Shown here: positions 39,678 through 52,044 of the stretch, piece after piece | How positions within the stretch are numbered: the stretch's first letter is position 1 | Layout: each line of letters begins with the position of its first letter | Assembly (NCBI GenBank): GCA_902587565.1 | Contig: CACILT010000002.1 | Span: 68,884-132,883 of the forward strand | DNA from: an uncultured Alphaproteobacteria bacterium | GTDB lineage: Bacteria > Pseudomonadota > Alphaproteobacteria > HIMB59 > GCA-002718135 | Length of the DNA: 64,000 nucleotides | Direction: 5' to 3' | The notes under the pieces: generated by a model | Told to the model about the DNA's origin: nothing | Databases searched by the model: none | The model's input: the letters and a program-made list of their open reading frames with translations, nothing else | Position numbers and translations under genes: made by a program

Positions 39678-41126
39678 ATGAGAGACTTTAGGTCGATATT
39701 GAACATAATCGGTTTACTAATATGTATTGAAGCATTGGCAATGCTTATACCAATGTGTTTTGATCTTTATTATGGTAATTATGAATGGTTACAGTTTTTT
39801 TATTCTAGTTTAATCACATTTTTTATAGGTATAATTTTATATTTTTCTTTTAGAAAAAAAAATATTAAGCTTGGAATTAGGCAGGCATTTTTATTAACAA
39901 TTTCATCTTGGTTAGTAATATCTCTTTTTGGTGCAATTCCATTTGTGTATTCATCATCTTCACTTTCTTATACAGATGCTTTTTTTGAGTCTGTAAGTGG
40001 AATTACTACAACCGGCGCAACTGTTATTAACAATTTAGAAAACTTATCAGAGGGTATATTAATTTGGAGGTCTCTTCTTCAATGGTTTGGAGGAATAGGA
40101 ATAATAGTTCTTGCAATGGCGATATTGCCAACTTTACAAATTGGTGGAATGCAGCTGCTACATATGGAACATGATGATCCTTATGAAAAAACAATTCCTA
40201 AAGTTAATCGGTTTGTGATTGAATTATTTTTACTTTACGTATTTTTATCAGTCATTTGTGCCTTTTTGTATTTTGTAAGTGGAATGAAGGGTTTTGATTC
40301 AGTTATTCATGCAATGACTACGATTTCAACTGGTGGATTTTCAAACTATAATGAATCTTTTTTAAATTTTAATTCTTTTCAAATTGAGATTATAAGTGTC
40401 TTTTTTATGCTGGTTGGCAGTTTGCCATTTGTCTTATATTTGCAATTTCTACACAATCAAAAAAAGTTAATTTTTAAAGACGATCAAATAAAATTATTCT
40501 TTCTAATTTTGTTTATAATTATTTTATTAACAACAATTTGGCTAACTACTAATCAATCTATAGATACAAAATCTGCTTTTAGAATTGCTTTATTCAATAT
40601 TACATCAATTTTAACAGGTACTGGCTATACAAGTAGTAACTTTTCTAACTGGGGAAGTTTTGGCATTGTAATAATGATGATTATTATGTTTGTTGGTGGA
40701 TGTGCAGGATCTACCACTGGTGGAATAAAAATATTTAGATTGCAAATTTTGTTTAGAGGAGCAATTACACAAATTAGAAAATTAACTCAGCCTCATGCAG
40801 TTATGGTTATGCGATTTAATAGCAAAACGGTTAATGAAAATACTTATAACTCAATCATGGGTTTCTTCTTTATGTATATATTTTTATTTATTTTATCAGC
40901 TGTAAGTTTGAGTTTATTCAATTTAGATTTTCTTACTGCATTTTCAGCAGCAGCCTCTGCAATATCAAACGTTGGTCCTGGATTAGGTGAAATAATTGGC
41001 CCAACTGGAAATTATTTTTTATTAGACAATGGAGCCAAATGGATATTATCTATAACAATGATAATTGGAAGGTTAGAAATTTTTACAGTACTAGTTCTAT
41101 TTTCAATGAATTTTTGGAGAAGTTAA
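39678..41126 (+). CDS. trkH: TrkH-family potassium uptake protein
   Basis: 482 aa and polytopic, with repeated selectivity-filter-like motifs (SGITTTGA, ISTGGFS, LTGTGYT, AISNVGPG). Confidence 0.9.
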   Translation: MRDFRSILNIIGLLICIEALAMLIPMCFDLYYGNYEWLQFFYSSLITFFIGIILYFSFRKKNIKLGIRQAFLLTISSWLVISLFGAIPFVYSSSSLSYTDAFFESVSGITTTGATVINNLENLSEGILIWRSLLQWFGGIGIIVLAMAILPTLQIGGMQLLHMEHDDPYEKTIPKVNRFVIELFLLYVFLSVICAFLYFVSGMKGFDSVIHAMTTISTGGFSNYNESFLNFNSFQIEIISVFFMLVGSLPFVLYLQFLHNQKKLIFKDDQIKLFFLILFIIILLTTIWLTTNQSIDTKSAFRIALFNITSILTGTGYTSSNFSNWGSFGIVIMMIIMFVGGCAGSTTGGIKIFRLQILFRGAITQIRKLTQPHAVMVMRFNSKTVNENTYNSIMGFFFMYIFLFILSAVSLSLFNLDFLTAFSAAASAISNVGPGLGEIIGPTGNYFLLDNGAKWILSITMIIGRLEIFTVLVLFSMNFWRS

Positions 41127-41695
41127 ATACTTATATAATCACTCATATAGATAGATAACTGTTTTTTAGTTTCTTTTATGTAATCCTTAATTGCAAAAAA
41201 TATTAAATTATTAATAATTATTTCACTTTCATTTAAAGAAATATATTTTTGAGATGTTGTAGATCTTGATGTTTCTACAATTGTATTAGCTTTTAAATAG
41301 TCACTACTGTCATAAATTTCATATTCAATTAAATAAAATAACTCATATTTAAAAATTGTTTTTTCTTGATATTTTTTTGCATCTGTATTTTTTATTTCAG
41401 TTTTAGTTATAGAAGAGTCCAAGATATTAATTACTAGTTTATTTTCATTTCCAAATTTTTTAATATTAACATTATGCCACTCAATGATTTTATCAATTGG
41501 TGAATTTGGAATTTGATCCTCTATGTTATTTTCAGAAAAAATTGAATTATATTTTTTGTTTATTTCGATTTCTTTAACATTTATTGATATTTCTTCAAAA
41601 TTAGAAATATCAATTTTAATAGGTTCTAATATCTCAACTGGTTGGCAAGATAAAATAATAAAAAATATGAGTATAAATTTATTTTTTAAGAACAT
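41123..41695 (-). CDS. Hypothetical lipoprotein
   Basis: 190 aa with lipobox ILSC. I recognise no other motifs. Confidence 0.45.
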   Translation of the reverse strand: MFLKNKFILIFFIILSCQPVEILEPIKIDISNFEEISINVKEIEINKKYNSIFSENNIEDQIPNSPIDKIIEWHNVNIKKFGNENKLVINILDSSITKTEIKNTDAKKYQEKTIFKYELFYLIEYEIYDSSDYLKANTIVETSRSTTSQKYISLNESEIIINNLIFFAIKDYIKETKKQLSIYMSDYISI

Positions 41696-42578
41696 AAATT
41701 AGTATGGCTTGTTGTATATACATTCTATTTTTAGCTTGCTGAAGCACTACAGAATTTTTTCCATCCAATATATCTGAAGTAACTTCTTGTCCTCTTTTAG
41801 CTGGCAGACAGTGCATAAAAATTACATTTTTTAATGCATTATCCATTAATTTTTTATTAACAGTAAAATTTTTAAAATACTTAATTTTGGTATTAGTATT
41901 TTTATCACCCATAGAAACCCATACATCTGTCATTATACAATGAGAATTCTTTGATGCTAAAATTGGATCAGAAAAATAACTTAGATTTTTATTTTTTAAT
42001 TTTAGAAATTCTTTTTTGTTATTTTTGAATATCTGTCGAGGTACCACTATGTTAAGCTTGAAATTGTAGATATTCTGAAGATGTATCAATGAACGTAAAA
42101 CATTATTATAATCACCTATCCACATGATTTGAATATTATTAAAATTTTTAAAATTTTCCTGTAATGTCAAAAAATCTCCAAGTATTTGACATGGGTGACT
42201 AAAATCAGTTAAGCCATTTATAATTGGAAGAACTTTTTGTTTGCTTAATTGTACTAGTTTTTTATGATCATTGTTTCTGATCATTATACAGTCAATAAAT
42301 TGACTTAATACATTGAGTACATCTTCAGCTTTTTCTCTTTTATTATCAAACCCAATATCTTTACTGTACAATTCTAAGACAGAACCACCTAATTTTTGCA
42401 TTCCTACATTAAAGCTTAGTCTAGTTCTTAGCGATTGCTTTTCAAAAATTAAACCTAGAGTTTTATTCTTACAAGATAAGGAATATTTTTTTGGGTTTTT
42501 TTTAATTTTTTTAGCGAGTGTAATTATTTCATCAATTTCTTTTTTTTTAAAATTATTAATATCAATAAAATGTTTCAT
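41679..42578 (-). CDS. argF: Ornithine carbamoyltransferase
   Basis: FEKQSLRTRLSF, HPCQILGD and HCLPAKRGQEV. Confidence 0.92.
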   Translation of the reverse strand: MKHFIDINNFKKKEIDEIITLAKKIKKNPKKYSLSCKNKTLGLIFEKQSLRTRLSFNVGMQKLGGSVLELYSKDIGFDNKREKAEDVLNVLSQFIDCIMIRNNDHKKLVQLSKQKVLPIINGLTDFSHPCQILGDFLTLQENFKNFNNIQIMWIGDYNNVLRSLIHLQNIYNFKLNIVVPRQIFKNNKKEFLKLKNKNLSYFSDPILASKNSHCIMTDVWVSMGDKNTNTKIKYFKNFTVNKKLMDNALKNVIFMHCLPAKRGQEVTSDILDGKNSVVLQQAKNRMYIQQAILIYVLKK

Positions 42579-43753
42579 CTTGATAATTCTTTCAAGCTTC
42601 TTTTAATTATAGAAATTGATTTATCAATCTCTTTATAAGATACAATAAGTGGTGGTGCTAGTCTTACTGTATTATCTGCAGCTGGTACATTAAGCAATTT
42701 ATTTTTTTTTAATTGTTCAGAAAAATCTATATTGCTAACTTTTGTTTTAATTCCTAATAAAAGTCCTGCTCCTCTAACCTCTAAAATAATATTAGATGTA
42801 TTCTCTATTTTTTTTAAATTTTTCCAAAAATATCTTGCTCTTTTATCAACTTTTGAAAGAAATGTTTTATTAGAGATAAGTTTTAAAACTTCTAAACCAA
42901 CACTCATAGCTAAAGGATTGCCGCCATATGTTGATCCATGACTGCCTTTAGTCATTGCAACACATGCTTTGTTTGTTGACATACAAGCTCCAAGAGGAAA
43001 ACCTGATCCTATACCTTTTGCTACAGACATAATATCAGGTTTTATTTTTGCCCATTCATGTGAGAATAATTTACCTGATCTTCCAAATCCACACTGAACT
43101 TCATCAAAAAAAAGTAAGATGTCATTTTGGTTACAGATTTTTCTTAATAATTTTAAGAAACTTAAATTAGCGGGACGAATGCCTCCTTCTCCTTGTATTG
43201 GTTCAATTATAATACCAGCTGTTTTTTTATTTATTGCCGATATTAATTTTTTTTCATTATTAAATTCAATTTGTTTAAAGCCTGTGAGCATAGGACCGAA
43301 GCCATTCGAATATTTTTTGTTTTTTTGTGCTGAGAGTGCTCCATAAGTTCTGCCGTGAAAAGCACCATCAAAAGTTATAATCTCTGTTTTTTTTGTTTTA
43401 TGATATGAGTGATATCCTCTGATTATTTTAATTCCACATTCAATAGATTCAGTTCCAGAATTAGTAAAAAAAACCTTATCAGCAAAAGATTTTTTACAAA
43501 GTAATTTTGCAAATTGTTCTTGTGTTTTAATTTTATATAAGTTTGATACATGCCAGAGTTGTTTCGACTGCTTATTCAGTGCCTCTATTAGTTTTGGATG
43601 ACAATGACCAAGAGAATTTACTGCTATTCCACTAGCAAAATCTAAATATTTTTTGTTTTGACTAGTATAAAGATAACATCCTTTTCCTTTTACAAATTCA
43701 AGAGTTTTATTGCCATAAGTTGGCATAACATTTGATAAAGGATTGCTAACCAT
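42575..43753 (-). CDS. argD: Acetylornithine aminotransferase
   Basis: Class-III aminotransferase motifs FTNSGTESIE, FFDEVQCGFGRSG and SVAKGIGSGFP (PLP Lys). Confidence 0.9.
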   Translation of the reverse strand: MVSNPLSNVMPTYGNKTLEFVKGKGCYLYTSQNKKYLDFASGIAVNSLGHCHPKLIEALNKQSKQLWHVSNLYKIKTQEQFAKLLCKKSFADKVFFTNSGTESIECGIKIIRGYHSYHKTKKTEIITFDGAFHGRTYGALSAQKNKKYSNGFGPMLTGFKQIEFNNEKKLISAINKKTAGIIIEPIQGEGGIRPANLSFLKLLRKICNQNDILLFFDEVQCGFGRSGKLFSHEWAKIKPDIMSVAKGIGSGFPLGACMSTNKACVAMTKGSHGSTYGGNPLAMSVGLEVLKLISNKTFLSKVDKRARYFWKNLKKIENTSNIILEVRGAGLLLGIKTKVSNIDFSEQLKKNKLLNVPAADNTVRLAPPLIVSYKEIDKSISIIKRSLKELSR

Positions 43754-43755
43754 AT

Positions 43756-44526
43756 TTAAAATTTTATTTTATATCCTTTGTAAAACATAAAATAGCATAT
43801 TAAAATTAATATAATATTAATAATTATTAAGAATATTGATCCATGAATTAACGAGCTATCGGAAATACCTGTAAAAGCATATCTGAAACCGTCGATATTA
43901 TAAAAGAATGGATTAAATGAAGATATTGTCTGCCAAAACTCCGGAAGTCTTGAAATTGAATAGAATGTTCCTGATAAAAAAGTAAGAGGTAAAACAATAA
44001 AGTTAGTTATACCTTGTTGCTGATCCCATTTGTCTGCCCAAATACCAACAATTGTTCCCAAAGTTCCCATCATTGTGCATCCCATCAATGTGAAAAATAA
44101 TAGTGCTGTATAAGAGTGGACATAAAGTGGCACAAATATCATAACTCCTAAAGTTGTTACTATACCGCAAACAATACCTCTACAAACTGAACCTATAATA
44201 AATCCAAACGCTAATTCCACATTGTTTAATGGAGCCATTAATATGTCTACAATATTACCTTGAAATTTTGATTGACCAATACTTGATGCTGAATTGGCAA
44301 AAGAGTTTTGAAGCATAGTCATCATTATCAAACCAGGTGCAATAAAATAAGGAAGATCAATACCATTTATTGAATTAACAGATCTACCAAGAGCTAGACT
44401 AAAAACAGCTAGAAATAATAAAGAGCTAATGGCTGGTCCTATCACAGTTTGTATTCCAACTTTTAAGAACCTAAATACCTCTTTTTTAACTAATGTAAGA
44501 AAACAAAGATAATTATAGTAAATCAT
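43756..44526 (-). CDS. ABC-2 type transporter permease
   Basis: 256 aa with six predicted TM segments and an ABC-2 (YadH-like) pattern. No ATPase gene is adjacent. Confidence 0.7.
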   Translation of the reverse strand: MIYYNYLCFLTLVKKEVFRFLKVGIQTVIGPAISSLLFLAVFSLALGRSVNSINGIDLPYFIAPGLIMMTMLQNSFANSASSIGQSKFQGNIVDILMAPLNNVELAFGFIIGSVCRGIVCGIVTTLGVMIFVPLYVHSYTALLFFTLMGCTMMGTLGTIVGIWADKWDQQQGITNFIVLPLTFLSGTFYSISRLPEFWQTISSFNPFFYNIDGFRYAFTGISDSSLIHGSIFLIIINIILILICYFMFYKGYKIKF

Positions 44527-44559
44527 ATTAGGAGTTTTCTTTTAATATATTTAAATTAT

Positions 44560-45045
44560 TTGTATATTAATTTAGTGGACGAAAAAAAACTCTTAAAATA
44601 CGCAGTTGATTACTTAAGTAAATACGATTCATCAAAGAATAATTTAGTTAGTGTACTTAAAAGAAAAATTTTAAGATTAAATGTATCAAATTTTGAGAAA
44701 AAAAAACTCATAGATATTATTGAAAGTATAATTTTAAAATTAGAAAAAAATAAATTTATTGATGATGATAGATATAGTTCAACAAAAATTCAATCTTTAT
44801 CAAATTCTGGAAGGTCTAAGAATTTTATTTTCAATTACTTGATAAAAAAAGGAGTGAGTAGATCTCAAATTCAAAATAATTTAAACTTAATGAAACAAGA
44901 TAATGAAAATTGGGAGTTAGAGTCAGCAAGAATATTTACTAAGAAAAAGAAGTTGTTAGAAAAAAATGAAAGCTATGAAAAAAAATTAGCAAAAATGGCA
45001 AGAGCTGGATTTAGTTATGATATATGTAAAAAAATATTAAGTTAA
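44560..45045 (+). CDS. recX: RecX-family regulatory protein
   Basis: 161 aa of three-helix repeats (YAVDYLSKYDSSKNNL...KFIDDDRYS...L.KKGVS) typical of RecX. TTG start. Confidence 0.65.
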   Translation: MYINLVDEKKLLKYAVDYLSKYDSSKNNLVSVLKRKILRLNVSNFEKKKLIDIIESIILKLEKNKFIDDDRYSSTKIQSLSNSGRSKNFIFNYLIKKGVSRSQIQNNLNLMKQDNENWELESARIFTKKKKLLEKNESYEKKLAKMARAGFSYDICKKILS

Positions 45046-46046
45046 TTTTCTTTGATATGAATCTTACCTTCTAATAATCTTGCAATTTGTTTGGTTGTTT
45101 CAAATCTTTCAAATGTAATTCTGATAATTGCAGTTAAAGGTGCTGCAAGAAGAACTCCAATAAACCCCCAAATCATTCCCCAGAAAATTAAGGATAAAAT
45201 AATCGTAATAGGATGTAATCCAAAACTCTCACCAAATATTTTAGGTTCTACAAAATTTCCTACTATTTGATGAATAATCGTAGGCAAAATTATTATTAAT
45301 ACAACTAGTGTTGGGTCGTTATATTGAAGGAAAGCAATTGGTAGTGGAAGTAAAACAGCAATTACAGAACCAATAACTGGAATAAAATTTAAAATAAAAG
45401 TTAAGCTGCCAAAAATGAAGGCTAATTCTAAACCTAAAAACCAATAAATTAATCCTGCAGCAATACCTGTAAAAGCTGATGTTAAAAATTTTGTAAATAT
45501 ATATTTTTTTACTAATCTAATAATGTCGTTCCACTCATCAGAGGTATTCTTAGGAGGAGTGCCAAGTAATAAAAAAAGTGTGATTATTACAACTAGGAGA
45601 AACTTTGAAATAAAATTCGCACTGTTACTTAATATAGTACCAGCCCAATTAGTAATGGGTAACTCTGCAATTGTATTTCTAATTGTTTCTCTATCAATAT
45701 CAATTTCAAATTGTTGAAGTTGTATTATGACCGCCTCAATCAAAATTATTACTTTTTGATTATAGTCATCTGCAGACTCCAAGAATGTAGCTACAGAAGA
45801 AACAATAAAAGGAACTATAATTGAGAATAAAAGAACAATTAAACAAATACTAATAAAAACTGCTATAAATCTATGTACTCGAAGATTTATAGTCTGAAAA
45901 TCAATTATTGGATCAATTAATATCCTTAAAAGAAGTGCTAAAACAAATGGAATCATTATAGGTTGAGAGAAATTTAAAATGAATGCAACAGCGATACTGG
46001 CCAATATAAAAAGAGAGCCAGAAATTACGCGATTATTTTCATTCAT
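45042..46046 (-). CDS. AI-2E family transporter (PerM-like)
   Basis: 334 aa and polytopic, with the conserved C-terminal segment FNFIPVIGSVIA...EPKIFG...LHPITIILSLIFWG. Confidence 0.8.
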   Translation of the reverse strand: MNENNRVISGSLFILASIAVAFILNFSQPIMIPFVLALLLRILIDPIIDFQTINLRVHRFIAVFISICLIVLLFSIIVPFIVSSVATFLESADDYNQKVIILIEAVIIQLQQFEIDIDRETIRNTIAELPITNWAGTILSNSANFISKFLLVVIITLFLLLGTPPKNTSDEWNDIIRLVKKYIFTKFLTSAFTGIAAGLIYWFLGLELAFIFGSLTFILNFIPVIGSVIAVLLPLPIAFLQYNDPTLVVLIIILPTIIHQIVGNFVEPKIFGESFGLHPITIILSLIFWGMIWGFIGVLLAAPLTAIIRITFERFETTKQIARLLEGKIHIKEN

Positions 46047-47182
46047 TATTTCTTAGTAGATTGAGGGTTAAAAATTTCTGTTTTTTCATCTGATAATTTT
46101 TCAACATAAAGTGATTGACTCGGAAAAGCAAAACCAGCTTCATTATTCTCAACTATTTCTATTATTTTGACAGCAAGGTTTTCTTTTATTTTTAAAAATT
46201 CTGCCCAATCATTCGTAACAGTAAATGTTTGTACTAGCATATCAATAGAACTATCAGAAAAACTATCTATTCTAACGTAGAAACTTGCATTTTGATTTTT
46301 TGCAAAGTTATCATCTTTTTCAATTAAATTATTTATCTGGTCTCTGATATTTTTTAATTGATCAATACTAGTTCTATATTCTAATCCAATTAGCCATCTT
46401 ATACGTCTGTGATGTCTTCTTGTGTAATTAGTTACAGACTGCTCTGCAAATTTATAATTTGGAACCATTACTGGAGTTGAATCAAATCTTCTAACAAGGG
46501 TTGATCTAAATCCAATTTGTTCAACAACTCCCTCTACTTCACCTGAAACTAATATAACATCACCAACAGTAAACCTCTTTTCCATTAGTATCATGATACC
46601 ACTAATTAAATTTTTAAATAAATCTTGAGCACCCAGTGCAACGGCTACACCAAATAAACCTAATCCTGCAATTACTGGTCCCACTCTTATTCCCCACAAT
46701 TCTAAAATTGCTACTGCTCCAAGAACAATAACAAGAATTTTTAAACCTTTAAGCGTCCAATCAACTAAAGGTTTTGAAATTTTTGACTCAAAGTTTTTTA
46801 TTACAAATGAAAACGGTATAATCAATTGATGCAATAGCCAGAATATAAAAATTGTAATTAATGATCTGTTTAGTAAATCTAAAAAATCTTGGTTGTTATC
46901 AGAAACATCTAAATATGAAGAAGCTATAAAAAAACCTAAAACGACAGGGAGAAATTTTAATGGCCCATCAAGTACTTCAATAACAGCGTCATCAATTTGA
47001 TTGGAAGTTTTTGAAACAATTCTTGATAATCGATTAAGAATAAATCTAGCTATAAGCCTTCTGAGTAAATAAAAAAGAAGGAAAATTACAAGGCTTACTA
47101 TGATATCTGTAGCATTTATGCCAAAAACACCGTTATTCCAAACATCAAAAAAAAGGTCTGTAAAGCTATTGAATGTTTCCAT
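46046..47182 (-). CDS. Mechanosensitive ion channel (MscS family)
   Basis: GVAVALGAQDLFKNLISGIMILMEKRFTVGDVI is the MscS TM3/beta-domain signature. Confidence 0.88.
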   Translation of the reverse strand: METFNSFTDLFFDVWNNGVFGINATDIIVSLVIFLLFYLLRRLIARFILNRLSRIVSKTSNQIDDAVIEVLDGPLKFLPVVLGFFIASSYLDVSDNNQDFLDLLNRSLITIFIFWLLHQLIIPFSFVIKNFESKISKPLVDWTLKGLKILVIVLGAVAILELWGIRVGPVIAGLGLFGVAVALGAQDLFKNLISGIMILMEKRFTVGDVILVSGEVEGVVEQIGFRSTLVRRFDSTPVMVPNYKFAEQSVTNYTRRHHRRIRWLIGLEYRTSIDQLKNIRDQINNLIEKDDNFAKNQNASFYVRIDSFSDSSIDMLVQTFTVTNDWAEFLKIKENLAVKIIEIVENNEAGFAFPSQSLYVEKLSDEKTEIFNPQSTKK

Positions 47183-47208
47183 AAGCGATATATTTATTAC
47201 TCACTAAC

Positions 47209-47745
47209 ATGAATTTAAAATTTTTACTTGTTTTTTTGATTATGCTTAACTTAAAGAATACATTATTAGCTAATGAGACAGTGAATTTATTCGATTTTTC
47301 ATTTGAAGATATAGACGGTAATCAAGTAAATTTAGAGAAGTTTGATGGTAAGCCAATTTTAATAGTGAACACAGCTTCTAGGTGTGGTTTCACTCCTCAG
47401 TATGCTGACCTCCAAAATTTATTTTTGAACTATAAAAATAGCGATTTAACAATAATAGCTACAACAAGTAATTCCTTCAATCAAGAGTACCTAGATACCG
47501 AGGATATTAAACAAATTTGTTTAGTTAATTACGGGGTAGGTTTTGTTACTTCTTCACCAATGGATGTGAAAGGAAGCAATGCTCATCCAATTTATGCATG
47601 GATTGAGGAGGAGTATAACGAAAAACCAAAGTGGAATTTTTACAAATATTTATTTGATAGAAATGGACAGCTTATTAATTCTTGGTCTTCTATGACAAAG
47701 CCAGACAGTTTGAAAATTACTAATCAGATTGATCGTTTAATCTAA
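47209..47745 (+). CDS. Glutathione peroxidase
   Basis: ILIVNTASRCGFTPQYADLQNLF and KWNFYKYLFDRNGQ. Confidence 0.88.
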   Translation: MNLKFLLVFLIMLNLKNTLLANETVNLFDFSFEDIDGNQVNLEKFDGKPILIVNTASRCGFTPQYADLQNLFLNYKNSDLTIIATTSNSFNQEYLDTEDIKQICLVNYGVGFVTSSPMDVKGSNAHPIYAWIEEEYNEKPKWNFYKYLFDRNGQLINSWSSMTKPDSLKITNQIDRLI

Positions 47746-47752
47746 AAAAAAA

Positions 47753-47770
47753 GGGCAAATAAATTTGCCC
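47753..47770. terminator. Bidirectional terminator hairpin between gpx and groEL
   Basis: Stem gggcaaa / tttgccc, with an A-run upstream and CTTTCTTT downstream. Confidence 0.7.
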
Positions 47771-47792
47771 CTTTCTTTAAGTTTTTTTATAA

Positions 47793-49478
<1,686 letters not shown>

Positions 49479-49481
49479 TTA

Positions 49482-49787
49482 CTATTTCTTTTTTTTACCT
49501 GAAGTTATAATTCCCATGATGTCAGACTCTTTCATTATTAAAAAATCATCACCATTCATTTTTACCTCAGTACCAGACCATTTTCCAAAAAGTATTTTAT
49601 CGCCTTTTTTGACATCCAACGGTACCAGTTTTCCTGTTTCATCTCTTGCTCCAGAACCAACTTCTAATACTTCACCTTCCATTGGTTTTTCTTGGGCAGT
49701 ATCAGGGATAATTATTCCCCCTGCTGTTTTTTGATCAGAGTCTACTCTTTTGACTAAGACTCTGTCATGTAAAGGTCTAAAATTCAT
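49482..49787 (-). CDS. groS: Co-chaperonin GroES
   Basis: [14 protein letters not shown]...[15 protein letters not shown]. Confidence 0.97.
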   Translation of the reverse strand: MNFRPLHDRVLVKRVDSDQKTAGGIIIPDTAQEKPMEGEVLEVGSGARDETGKLVPLDVKKGDKILFGKWSGTEVKMNGDDFLIMKESDIMGIITSGKKKK

Positions 49788-49829
49788 ATTTCCTCTTTTG
49801 TTAACTAATTGAAATTAAATAATTTTTTA

Positions 49830-49856
49830 TTAGCACTCTCATTATGAGAGTGCTAG
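49830..49856 (-). promoter_or_regulatory. CIRCE element (HrcA operator) upstream of groES-groEL
   Basis: TTAGCACTC-N9-GAGTGCTAG matches the consensus TTAGCACTC-N9-GAGTGCTAA at 17 of 18 positions. It lies 43 bp upstream of the groES start. Confidence 0.9.
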
Positions 49857-49929
49857 TTATTTAAGCATTATTAAAGTCTATTCAAGAAGAAAACAAAAAA
49901 AAATTCGAATTAGCCAAAGTTATGATATT

Positions 49930-50964
49930 TTGAAAAAAATGGTATTTTTTAGTGTTTTTTTTAGAACTCTTGGTTTTTTGAGCGCTTTATTAATTTTTAT
50001 AATAATTATTAATTTGTTACTTAATATTTCGAATGAACTAGAAAAAAAACAGTTTGTAATGACTGAGGGTATAGCTAGTTCAAATAACATTATAGCTAAT
50101 ATTAATTTAAATGGGCCAATTTTTAATAATAATAACAGCAATGTATTAGGAAATAATCTTTACGATTACATCAATCCCTCGCAAGTAAAATCTTATTTAG
50201 ATGAATTAAAAGAATTAAAAATCAAGGCTCTAATTATAAACATTAATTCTCCAGGTGGAACAGTAAGTGCTACTGCTGAATTAGAAAAAATTATTCATGA
50301 TTTTAAAGAACACACTAATACTAAAGTATATTTTTTTACAAAAGAGATTTTAGCATCTGGAGGATACTGGGTTGCAACCACAGCTGATAAAATATTTGCT
50401 TCATATGGATCTATTATAGGTAGTATAGGAGTAAGTGGACCAAGTTGGTTCTACTATAATACACCGACAAGTCTATCTTCAGGAATCTTTGGCCAAGCAA
50501 TTGAGACTAAAGAAGGAATAGAAGTTTTTAACCAGAATGCTGGAGAAGGCAAAGATTTGTTTAATCCATTTAGACGACCTAGAACTGATGAAATCAAACA
50601 CTTACAAAGTATTGTTGATGATGTTTATAATGACTTTATAACAAAAGTTTCAAAAAATCGTAAAATTGAAATTTCAAATTTAAAAAATGATATTGGAGCT
50701 TTAATCTACAGTAGCAATCAGGCAAAAAATAATTTTTTAATTGACGATATCTTGAATTACGAAACACTTATCGAATTAATAATAGAGGAAAATAAATTTG
50801 AAGATTACAAAATTTATGAAAATAGAGTAAGCAATTCAATTCTATCAAATTTATTAGTTAAGTACGAAGATCAAAGTAATAATGAATATTCACATGAAAA
50901 AATTTGCAGAAATTTAGAAACTAATATTAATGTTGTAATTCCAGTTTATTTAAAAGATTGTTGA
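49930..50964 (+). CDS. sppA: Signal peptide peptidase SppA (S49 family, 36K type)
   Basis: ININSPGGTVSA and LASGGYWVATTADKIFA. Confidence 0.82.
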   Translation: MKKMVFFSVFFRTLGFLSALLIFIIIINLLLNISNELEKKQFVMTEGIASSNNIIANINLNGPIFNNNNSNVLGNNLYDYINPSQVKSYLDELKELKIKALIININSPGGTVSATAELEKIIHDFKEHTNTKVYFFTKEILASGGYWVATTADKIFASYGSIIGSIGVSGPSWFYYNTPTSLSSGIFGQAIETKEGIEVFNQNAGEGKDLFNPFRRPRTDEIKHLQSIVDDVYNDFITKVSKNRKIEISNLKNDIGALIYSSNQAKNNFLIDDILNYETLIELIIEENKFEDYKIYENRVSNSILSNLLVKYEDQSNNEYSHEKICRNLETNINVVIPVYLKDC

Positions 50965-50965
50965 T

Positions 50966-51988
50966 TTATATTATGTTACTTAGTTCCTGAATTTTAACAA
51001 TTAGATTTTTATAGTAATTGCTTTGTGATAAAACATTATTGTGAATATATTTCTTAGCTAAATTAGAATGATTTTCAACATCAACTGTGTCAGAAACAAT
51101 TTTATTATGCTTAAGATTATTGATTAGAGATAAATTTAAATATCTGTCTTCAAGAATTTTTTCATTATCTTTAAAAGATGGTGTAATCTCAAAAATTTCA
51201 GTTCCAGGTTTACAAAAAATTATATTTGCTAAATTAGATCCATGTGGAGCAATAATCTTTTCAGCATTTGAAAAGATCTCTATTTGCTCATCTATTTCAT
51301 ATAATTGAGGATTAATAACCTTATATCCCTTGTCTCTCAAAATCGTTACTACATCACCTTCATTAATAACTTTTCTGTAATTAGAATCTTCTCTAGTTAC
51401 ATAGATTTTTTTGCTAGTTTCTATACTAGTATTTGGATTTATGAATTCTTTTAATATTTTAATAGAATCATTCAAACTTAAAAACTGAGGAAAATCAGAA
51501 TCAATAAAATGATAAAAATCATCGTCTAGAAATAAAAATGTAAATTCAATATTTAGAGATTTCAGAATAGTTCCAATAAAGTTTCTATATTTGTTTGATG
51601 AGTTTCTATGAATTGCTAGTTTTAGATTTGTTTTTTTATTAAAGAAAATCCTTGGAAGAAATTGTAGTAAATTTGAATAATAATTATTACCCGCATTTGA
51701 TCCTAGAACATACAAATCTTTAAACTTTTTTAATGAATTCTTATTATTTTTAAAATTATCAAAAAATTTTTGCGAATAAAAATGAGAGATATTGTTAAGA
51801 TCTCTTGTAAATAAAGATGAAAATGTCTCATTATTTTCAGTAATTGGAAAATAGTAAAATGAATCAGAAAAAAAATTGCTTTTAAGTATATTACAATTAA
51901 TTGATAAATTACTGAAATTTGCATTAAAAAATAGATTTGATAAACGAGTATCGTTTTTTATTTTGTTAGATTTAATATCAACTATCAT
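50966..51988 (-). CDS. Glycosyltransferase family 61 / DUF563 protein
   Basis: C-terminal HGSNLANIIFCKPGTEIFEI matches the DUF563 pattern HGAGLTN..F..PGT..IE. Confidence 0.6.
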   Translation of the reverse strand: MIVDIKSNKIKNDTRLSNLFFNANFSNLSINCNILKSNFFSDSFYYFPITENNETFSSLFTRDLNNISHFYSQKFFDNFKNNKNSLKKFKDLYVLGSNAGNNYYSNLLQFLPRIFFNKKTNLKLAIHRNSSNKYRNFIGTILKSLNIEFTFLFLDDDFYHFIDSDFPQFLSLNDSIKILKEFINPNTSIETSKKIYVTREDSNYRKVINEGDVVTILRDKGYKVINPQLYEIDEQIEIFSNAEKIIAPHGSNLANIIFCKPGTEIFEITPSFKDNEKILEDRYLNLSLINNLKHNKIVSDTVDVENHSNLAKKYIHNNVLSQSNYYKNLIVKIQELSNII

Positions 51989-52044
51989 TTAATTAACTTT
52001 ACTAATACAGATTTTTCAAAATTTATATAATAACATTTAATTTT

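Noticed and set aside
49920-50141. 73-aa minus-strand ORF in the groES-sppA spacer
   Set aside because: It overlaps the N-terminal signal-anchor region of sppA on the opposite strand and has a hydrophobic low-complexity translation.
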